From contig DASZWE010000536.1 of assembly GCA_035546735.1 (NCBI GenBank), positions 1-41,245 of the forward strand: a DNA stretch of 41,245 nucleotides. Direction: 5' to 3'. Of this stretch, positions 17,267 to 24,059 are shown piece by piece. The position numbers and the translations under genes were made by a program. Positions within the stretch are counted from its first letter, which is position 1, and each line of letters opens with the position of its first letter. The stretch comes from Puia sp. GTDB taxonomy: Bacteria; Bacteroidota; Bacteroidia; Chitinophagales; Chitinophagaceae. The notes beneath the pieces are model-generated. The model saw only the letters and a program-made list of their open reading frames with translations. It had not been told where the DNA came from and did no database searches.

Positions 17267-18664
17267 ATGAACAATACGTACACCGACCTGGTGACGCAAA
17301 CCTTCAACTTCCCCCAAGAAGGATTTGAAGTCAAAGATGCTTATCTGCAATTCAACGGCTTAGATCTCAAAGCGCTCATTGATAAGTATGGAACTCCCAT
17401 GAAACTGACTTATCTGCCCAAGATCGGTCAGCAGATCCGGAAGGCCAAGAAGATGTTTGCCAATGCGATCAAGCGGCATCATTACGAAGGAAAGTATTTC
17501 TATTGCTATTGTACCAAGAGCTCTCACTTTTCCTTTATCGTGGAGGAAGCACTGAACCACGACATCCACCTGGAGACCTCTTATGCATATGACATCGAGA
17601 TCATCAAGAAATTATATGCCCGTAAGAAGATCACCAAGGATACCTTTATCATCTGCAACGGCTTCAAGCAAAAGCCCTATACCAGCCGTATAGCATCTTT
17701 GCTGAACAGCGGCTTTAAGAACGTAGTCCCTATCCTGGACAACAAGGAAGAGCTGCAGCAATACAAGCGGTCGGTGAAAGTGCCCTTTAAGCTGGGCATA
17801 CGGGTGGCGGCGGAAGAAGAGCCCAATTTCCCTTTTTATACCTCCCGCCTGGGTTTTCGTGCCAGGGACGTGCTGGAATTCTATGTGGACAAGATAGAAG
17901 GCAATGAGGACAGGTTCCAGCTGAAAATGCTGCATATTTTTCTGAACAAAGGTATCAAGGACGATATCTATTATTGGAGCGAGCTCAATAAGGTGATCAA
18001 CCTCTATTGTCAGCTGAAAAAGATCTGTCCCGAGCTGGATTCCATCAATATCGGCGGCGGCTTCCCCATCAAGCATTCGCTGGGCTTCGAATACGACTAT
18101 CAGTTCATGATCAATGAGATCGTAGGTAATATCAAGAAGGCATGCAAGCGCAGCAACGTACCGATGCCCAATATCTTCACCGAATTTGGAAGCTATACGG
18201 TGGGAGAGAGCATGGCCCATATCTATAGCGTCATCGGTCAGAAGATGCAAAACGACCGGGAGATATGGTATATGATCGACTCTTCCTTTATCACCACCCT
18301 GCCCGACACCTGGGGCATCGGGGAGCGCTTCCTCATGCTGCCCATCAATAAATGGGACGTGGAGTATCAGCGTGTGGTATTGGGCGGTATCACCTGCGAC
18401 AGCCATGATTACTACGACTCGGAAGAGCATATCAACGAAGTCTTTTTGCCCAAGCTCAACAACGGCGAGCCTCTGTATGTAGGGTTCTTCCATACGGGCG
18501 CCTACCAGGACCAGATATCGGGTTATGGAGGCATCAAGCACTGCCTGATCCCTTCACCGAAGCACGTCATCGTAGGCCATGACAAGAATGGGAAGCTCGT
18601 CGACTGGGTATACGCCAAGGAGCAGACCGCACAAAGCATGTTGAAGATACTGGGATACAAGTAA
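17267..18664 (+). CDS. speA: Arginine decarboxylase (fold-type III PLP, Bacteroidota type)
   Basis: YCYCTKSSH (PLP Lys), NIGGG, EFGS, LPDTW, TCDSHDYY and HTGAYQ. Confidence 0.9.
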   Translation: MNNTYTDLVTQTFNFPQEGFEVKDAYLQFNGLDLKALIDKYGTPMKLTYLPKIGQQIRKAKKMFANAIKRHHYEGKYFYCYCTKSSHFSFIVEEALNHDIHLETSYAYDIEIIKKLYARKKITKDTFIICNGFKQKPYTSRIASLLNSGFKNVVPILDNKEELQQYKRSVKVPFKLGIRVAAEEEPNFPFYTSRLGFRARDVLEFYVDKIEGNEDRFQLKMLHIFLNKGIKDDIYYWSELNKVINLYCQLKKICPELDSINIGGGFPIKHSLGFEYDYQFMINEIVGNIKKACKRSNVPMPNIFTEFGSYTVGESMAHIYSVIGQKMQNDREIWYMIDSSFITTLPDTWGIGERFLMLPINKWDVEYQRVVLGGITCDSHDYYDSEEHINEVFLPKLNNGEPLYVGFFHTGAYQDQISGYGGIKHCLIPSPKHVIVGHDKNGKLVDWVYAKEQTAQSMLKILGYK

Positions 18665-18668
18665 CACC

Positions 18669-19118
18669 ATGAAATACCTTTTTGTCATCGCCTGTGTCAT
18701 GACGATGGGAGCGGTTCGCGCCCAGTCAGGGCAGGATTCTGTGCGGGCTGCCGTCAACCTGCTGTTCATTGCCATGAAGAATGCCGATAGCGCTCAGCTG
18801 ATGTCCGCTTTTGATGACAGCGCTGTTTTGCAGACGATCGTAGTGGATAGTAACGGAAAAACGACTGCGCGCAGCTATCCCGTGGTCGAGTTTGCGCAAG
18901 CCATCGCTAGATTACCAAAAGGGGCTGCCGATGAACAGGTCCATATCGAGTCGCTGAAAATGGATGGCCCTCTTGCCATGGTCTGGGCGCCCTATCATTT
19001 TTACTACAATGGTACGCTCCTCCACTGCGGCGTGGATTCCTTCCAGTTGATACGGGCGGGCGGGGTCTGGAAGATCCTTTACATTGTCGACACCCGAAAG
19101 AAAGGGGTTTGCGATTAG
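18669..19118 (+). CDS. Exported NTF2-like / SnoaL-like protein
   Basis: Signal peptide; A.VWAPY.FY.NG...HCGVDSFQL....WKI motif. Confidence 0.8.
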   Translation: MKYLFVIACVMTMGAVRAQSGQDSVRAAVNLLFIAMKNADSAQLMSAFDDSAVLQTIVVDSNGKTTARSYPVVEFAQAIARLPKGAADEQVHIESLKMDGPLAMVWAPYHFYYNGTLLHCGVDSFQLIRAGGVWKILYIVDTRKKGVCD

Positions 19119-20404
19119 CGCTTCTTCAGCCGGTATTTCTTATTCACTTTGGGATTTTCGAAATAAGCATTCAGCTGTTCTTCCGTCATGCTGCTGGTCT
19201 CTTCCAGCGGTACGTCGATGAGCTGCACCTGGGTCTGTTTCAGCTCATTCTTCAGGTTGGTGATCTTTTTTGTGATCTCCATGTCCTTTTCTCCCACCAG
19301 GGCGTTATCCCGTTCGGTGTATTCCAGCCGTTTGATCGAGCTGCGGACAAGACCGGCCTGGTTCTGTTCTGCGGTCAGCTGAGGGGCTACCGCCTCTTTT
19401 ACGGGCACGAGCGCTACGCCCACGCTGGGCAGTATCGCGCCGGTGGTCTTGGCATCCTGGCTTGCGGCGGACGAAAAGACTGTACCACCCAGGGCTGTAG
19501 TAGCCGTGGTCATATCGAAGTCCGTACGGGTATTCTTTGTCTTTTTCACCTTCTTATCCAGCTGGAAGAAAGCATATTTCAGGCGGAGGATATATGTATT
19601 GATGTTCTTTACCGCCAGCGCATATTCTTCCTTCATATATGGATAATTCAGGGCATCTTTCACATATATGCGAATAGTGGCAGTATCCCTCATAAAGATC
19701 TTGTTGGTGCCTACAAAATAGAGGATCAGGAGCTTGGTCTTGGAGGAATCTGTCTCTTTTACAAAGTCATAGGGCGGGCTCCAGGTAAAATCATCGTTAC
19801 ATCCTTTGATATTGGAATTTGTCTTAATGGGTGAGCTGGAGTAGAAATTGATATTTTCGATAGGATAAGTTCCTGTCTCGCACTGGACCTTGAAGCTGAT
19901 CGTATCGCCTTCGTCCATATATAATACATTGCTCACCGTTGGCTTTACATGGGAAGGGGTGATCTCCGTGGTAAAAAAGGACAGGGTAAAGGATGTATCT
20001 ATCCTTTCCTTGGGATTGTTGAGGTTTTGTACCCCGATATTGACCTTGTATTCGTAATCGTATTTGAGCTTGCCGGAGAGAAAGTAAGATTTATCGGCTT
20101 TGAAGGTAAGCAACCCGTTTTCCTTGATCTTCAGACCCACCGGCGCATTCCTCATAAAAAAGAAGTATTTGCTGGGATCGCGGTTGAGCTCCAGCTGATA
20201 GCTGAGGGTGGAATCTACATGTAAGGTGAAATAAGGGTTGAGGTTGCGTATGCGCAGCGTCGAGTCGTCCCCGATCTTTGCCGTGTCGGACGTCAAAGCC
20301 ATGGGAATATGAAAAACAGGGTTCTGTGAATACCCGCTGTCGGAAAATGCCAAGCCTGCTACCACCAAAAGCCAAAACTGAAAAACTTTCACGGTTTTAA
20401 TCAT
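19115..20404 (-). CDS. Exported hypothetical protein with Ig/cadherin-like domains and helical C-terminus
   Basis: Signal peptide; APVGLKI..G.LTF and FTWSPPYDFV repeats; fills the gap between neighbours. Confidence 0.75.
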   Translation of the reverse strand: MIKTVKVFQFWLLVVAGLAFSDSGYSQNPVFHIPMALTSDTAKIGDDSTLRIRNLNPYFTLHVDSTLSYQLELNRDPSKYFFFMRNAPVGLKIKENGLLTFKADKSYFLSGKLKYDYEYKVNIGVQNLNNPKERIDTSFTLSFFTTEITPSHVKPTVSNVLYMDEGDTISFKVQCETGTYPIENINFYSSSPIKTNSNIKGCNDDFTWSPPYDFVKETDSSKTKLLILYFVGTNKIFMRDTATIRIYVKDALNYPYMKEEYALAVKNINTYILRLKYAFFQLDKKVKKTKNTRTDFDMTTATTALGGTVFSSAASQDAKTTGAILPSVGVALVPVKEAVAPQLTAEQNQAGLVRSSIKRLEYTERDNALVGEKDMEITKKITNLKNELKQTQVQLIDVPLEETSSMTEEQLNAYFENPKVNKKYRLKKR

Positions 20405-20633
20405 ATTCTTGGATGATATAGACCAAAATTGGCCTTTTTTAAAATGTAGGCCAATTTTGCCAAAAATTTAATGTCTGTCCTTCGGAATAACGGACCTTTT
20501 GGTCCGTTCAGGTGTCTTTGAAGTTCGAAATTAACACAATCAGGCTAAAAAACCGGCAAACAGATAAAGAAAGTCCTTATTCGTCCCTGCCTTTAACACA
20601 CCGTTTAGAGTCGAAAATCGTAACGATGCCAAC

Positions 20634-20662
20634 AAAAAGCCCCGCCAGGAATGGCGGGGCTT
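20634..20662 (-). terminator. Intrinsic terminator downstream of hsp20
   Basis: Perfect 11-bp stem AAGCCCCGCCA/TGGCGGGGCTT with U-tract on the minus strand. Confidence 0.85.
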
Positions 20663-20789
20663 AAACCAAAACCAACTGCTTATGAAACGATAGTTCACGA
20701 ACGCCTTTAAAAAAGACGTTAACTCGTGAGTAAAAAGTTCTAATTATTATGAAACGTTCGAAAATATCTTGCTCAGCTCTCAAGCCAGG
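20634..20789 (-). ncRNA. Candidate 3'-UTR-derived small RNA of hsp20
   Basis: Two CGUUUCAUAA repeats flanking a hairpin, ending in the terminator. No expression evidence. Confidence 0.35.
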
Positions 20790-21221
20790 TTATTGGATCG
20801 AGATGCTTTTGGCGCTTTCTTTTTCCTGTTCCTTCTTAGGCAGGTACAGTTTCAGCACGCCATTCTCATATTTAGCCTGAATGCCATTGGTATCGATCCT
20901 GTCATCCAGGTTGAAGCTGCGTTTAAAGCTTTTGAAAGAGAATTCCTTCCGGATGGTCTTGTATTCTTCCGTCTTTGTTTCTTCCTTCTTCTCAAAGAAG
21001 ATGGTCAACTGACCCTTGTCTACGGACAGCTGGAAATCTTCCTTGCTTCTGCCGGGTGCGCTCAATTCCAGATGATAAGCTTCCTTTGTCTCGTGGATAT
21101 TCACCGGAGGAAAGGCGAAACCGCCTTCACGACCCCAGCTAAGAGGGAGATCCTGCAAAAATTCGTCTACAAAGCTGGACAGGTTCCTGGCCGGGTGGTT
21201 GTTTACTTTTACGAGTGTCAT
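20790..21221 (-). CDS. Small heat-shock protein Hsp20/alpha-crystallin family
   Basis: PPVNIHET, APG..KEDF, SFKRSFNL and AKYENGVLKL.LPK. Confidence 0.95.
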   Translation of the reverse strand: MTLVKVNNHPARNLSSFVDEFLQDLPLSWGREGGFAFPPVNIHETKEAYHLELSAPGRSKEDFQLSVDKGQLTIFFEKKEETKTEEYKTIRKEFSFKSFKRSFNLDDRIDTNGIQAKYENGVLKLYLPKKEQEKESAKSISIQ

Positions 21222-21270
21222 AGTGTGTTCTTATTTAAGTTTTATCAATTTTGTTTGACGACAGGAAAGG

Positions 21271-21286
21271 AACAAACCCTATACCA
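21271..21286 (-). promoter_or_regulatory. Putative sigma54 (-24/-12) promoter for hsp20
   Basis: TGGTATAGGGTTTGTT has the exact TGG-N8-TTG spacing of TGGCACG-N4-TTGC, but with T instead of C after the -12 G. Confidence 0.45.
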
Positions 21287-21490
21287 TGGGCCAAAAACTC
21301 TTTTTTCAGGAAAAATTGACGGATTTGGACCAAAAAAAGGCTTGGCTTGAATGACATAATTGCATTTTCAAGTGATTTTTAATGACATTTGTTCCGACTA
21401 GCCCTGTCCTCTCAACTTTTTGACTATTTTTATGTTTACAATTGCAGGCTAGGCCTATCATCCAAATTATCTTAAATAACTTAAAAGAAA

Positions 21491-21904
21491 ATGTATCCAG
21501 CAGAGATAGTACAACCAATGAAGGAAGAACTCACGGACAATGGGTTCGAAGAATTACTGACCTCTTCCGAAGTGGAAGATCAATTGAAAAAATCAGGGAC
21601 CACTCTGGTCATGGTAAACAGTGTATGTGGATGTGCGGCGGGTTTGGCCCGTCCGGGAGTGTTGATGGCTGTGGCCAACAGCTCTAAAAAGCCCGACTTC
21701 CTTACTACCTCTTTTGCCGGCTTTGATCTGGAGGCGGTAAATAAGATACGCGAGCATTTATTGCCTTATCCGCCCTCTTCTCCTTCTATCGCCCTGTTCA
21801 AGGACGGTCAGCTGGTCCATATGATTGAGCGGCATCAGATAGAAGGCCGCCCTGCCCAGCTGATAGCCCAAAATCTGATCGCAGCTTTTAACGAATATTG
21901 CTAA
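21491..21904 (+). CDS. BrxA/BrxB family bacilliredoxin
   Basis: NSVCGCAAG (CGC motif), PPSSPSIALFKDG and RHQIEG. Confidence 0.93.
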   Translation: MYPAEIVQPMKEELTDNGFEELLTSSEVEDQLKKSGTTLVMVNSVCGCAAGLARPGVLMAVANSSKKPDFLTTSFAGFDLEAVNKIREHLLPYPPSSPSIALFKDGQLVHMIERHQIEGRPAQLIAQNLIAAFNEYC

Positions 21905-21927
21905 GAAAACGAGCTCATAGTGATAAT

Positions 21928-21952
21928 GCCCCTGGCTTCCCAGGGGCTTTTT
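21928..21952 (+). terminator. Intrinsic terminator after bacilliredoxin gene
   Basis: GCCCCTGG-CTTC-CCAGGGGC followed by T5. Confidence 0.85.
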
Positions 21953-21962
21953 GTTTTAGGCC

Positions 21963-22205
21963 TGCGGATAAATTTGCCAGGAGACGGACCTGTTCGGTCC
22001 GGCCATTGCCAAGACGTTCATGATGACCCTTTCGGGCAACCTCGCTGTGCTCGGTTTTTGTCCACAGTTGTGAATAAGCTATGAAATGCAGATGGGAACT
22101 TAATTTGGAGCGAAAAATGTTCCCCGTGGAACACATTTGTGGAACGGCAATCCACGCTATTTAGTACTTGTGGAAAATTATTTTTCAGGTTAGTTAGGAA
22201 TTTTC
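21963..22205. other. DnaA-box cluster, candidate chromosomal origin (oriC)
   Basis: TGCGGATAA 21963, TTGTCCACA 22058, TGTGAATAA 22069, TGTGGAACG 22138 and TGTGGAAAA 22169, followed by an AT-rich tract. Confidence 0.55.
22118..22133. promoter_or_regulatory. parS-like ParB binding palindrome
   Basis: TGTTCCCCGTGGAACA, one mismatch from the palindrome TGTTCCACGTGGAACA. Confidence 0.7.
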
Positions 22206-22274
22206 GGGCTAAACCCCTCATCCTCTATTCTTTCGAGAATCATTACAAGACACTAGATTCTCCTTTTTTTAGTG

Positions 22275-22282
22275 TAGGTTTG
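22275..22282 (+). promoter_or_regulatory. sigma-A -7 element for lgt
   Basis: TAGGTTTG, 31 nt before the ATG. Confidence 0.6.
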
Positions 22283-22313
22283 TGTCGGGCCAGCCTCGCC
22301 CGTCTAATAACTT

Positions 22314-23633
22314 ATGTATCCCAACCTTTATTTCGCCTTTAAAGATCTGTTTGGAGTTTCCTGGTCTCCTTTACGATTTATCAATTCTTTCGGCTTTTTT
22401 GTGGCCCTTTCCTTTATTGCCGCAGCAGTGACCCTGTCAAAAGAATTGTTACGGAAGGAAAGAGAAGGCTTATTACAGGGCAAGGATCAGATGGTCGTCA
22501 TTGGCAAGCCTGCCAGCATTTTTGAGCTTCTCGTGAATTTTGTCCTAGGCTTTGTCGTGGCCTACAAGCTGGTAGGGCTCTTTACCCTGGATAGCTCCGT
22601 AACAGCCAATCCTCAGGACTATATAAAATCCACGGCCGGCAATTTCCCTGCCGGACTCTTACTGGGTCTCATTCTCGCGGGATGGAAATGGTATGAGAAG
22701 AACAAACAGAAGCTGCCTCAGCCCCAGGAGAAGAAGATCCGCATCTGGCCGCACGACAGGGTGGGGGACCTCACCATTTATGCCGCTCTATTTGGGTTTC
22801 TGGGCGCCAAGATCTTCAACTGCCTGGAGACCTGGGATGACTTTATAAAAGATCCTATAGGTTCGCTCTTCTCCTTCAGCGGTCTTACCTTTTATGGAGG
22901 CCTTATCTGCGCCGCTCTGGCCATCTGGTATTATGCCCGCAAGCATAACATCGGTTTCTGGTATCTAAATGATGCTGCCGCGCCGGGTCTTATGCTGGCG
23001 TATGCTGTCGGTCGCATCGGCTGCCAGGTAGCAGGCGACGGTGACTGGGGGATCCTCAACAGCGCCTATTATACGACGGCGGCTGGCAAGCCTGCTCTGG
23101 CCAGCGCAGGTGATTTCCAGCGCATTACACAGCAATATTATACCCAGGTCTATACGGAGTTCCATGGAGTGAACCAGATACCTCATCTGGCCGCTAAAGC
23201 TCCCTCATGGCTGCCGGACTGGCTTTTTGCCTTTAGCTACCCGCACAATGTGATCAACCAGGGCATACCCATTCCCGGCTGTACAGATAGTTCCTATTGC
23301 AGCCAGCTGCCTATACCCGTATTTCCTACGCCATTTTATGAGACCATTGTCTGTCTGGGCCTCTTTTTCCTGCTGTGGTCGCTCCGTAAAAAGCTGAAAG
23401 TGCCCGGGATGCTTTTCGCGGTTTACCTGGCAGTCAATGGCGTCGAACGATTTTTTATCGAAAAGATCCGCGTCAATACCAAATACGATTTCCTGGGCTT
23501 TCACCCCACACAGGCCGAGATCATTTCCTTCCTGCTCGTCCTCACGGGTGTCGTCCTTTTTTTCAGACTAAGATCACATCCTCCCCAAAAGATCCCGCAG
23601 ACAGAGATACCGGCTCCTGATTCCCAGACTTAA
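22314..23633 (+). CDS. lgt: Prolipoprotein diacylglyceryl transferase (long Bacteroidota form)
   Basis: GAKIF, GLTFYGGL, GRIGC..AGDG, PTPFYE and RFFIE.IR; polytopic. Confidence 0.9.
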   Translation: MYPNLYFAFKDLFGVSWSPLRFINSFGFFVALSFIAAAVTLSKELLRKEREGLLQGKDQMVVIGKPASIFELLVNFVLGFVVAYKLVGLFTLDSSVTANPQDYIKSTAGNFPAGLLLGLILAGWKWYEKNKQKLPQPQEKKIRIWPHDRVGDLTIYAALFGFLGAKIFNCLETWDDFIKDPIGSLFSFSGLTFYGGLICAALAIWYYARKHNIGFWYLNDAAAPGLMLAYAVGRIGCQVAGDGDWGILNSAYYTTAAGKPALASAGDFQRITQQYYTQVYTEFHGVNQIPHLAAKAPSWLPDWLFAFSYPHNVINQGIPIPGCTDSSYCSQLPIPVFPTPFYETIVCLGLFFLLWSLRKKLKVPGMLFAVYLAVNGVERFFIEKIRVNTKYDFLGFHPTQAEIISFLLVLTGVVLFFRLRSHPPQKIPQTEIPAPDSQT

Positions 23634-23965
23634 CAGCCGCCCTTCCTTTAATAAATCCTTTTATCACTCGACCATTCCAGGCTGTAACCTTGATCGGGAA
23701 TTATCGTCCTATTCCGCATTGGCTAAAGATTGAGGCCTTCGGAGTACCTGCTTCGACACGGTCTTCCTCGGGTACCTCGTTCGTAACCTTTCGCCAAAGG
23801 CTTGGTTATGGACGACGAACCTGTGGTTCGTTTGGTTGTCTATTCGTCAACAAAAGAGTCCCCTACACCTAAATATTTACCCGCGCCCTTGTTCACCCGG
23901 TATGTTTGCCATGCGATAAGGGATTACCAGTTATCAACAAAATCCGCCATCTAACACAAAGCAAT

Positions 23966-24020
23966 GTACTATGCAATAAATAGTACTAATCTTTGTATTG
24001 TAATTATCAAAAAATAGTAC
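23966..24020. promoter_or_regulatory. Palindromic operator(s) upstream of the outer-membrane receptor
   Basis: GTACTAT-N7-ATAGTAC (23966-23986) and a degenerate copy (24000-24020). Confidence 0.5.
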
Positions 24021-24059
24021 CAAACATGGCAGATGACCTGCCACTAAAAATAAACGACC

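Noticed and set aside
20682-20880. Plus-strand mini-ORFs starting at the TTATGAAACG repeats
   Set aside because: One is three codons; the other runs antisense into hsp20. The terminator and G-U pairing favour the minus strand.
23700-23855. Scattered TTCG(T/A)C motifs, possibly LytTR-type direct repeats
   Set aside because: Spacing and orientation are irregular; I could not define a consistent repeat.
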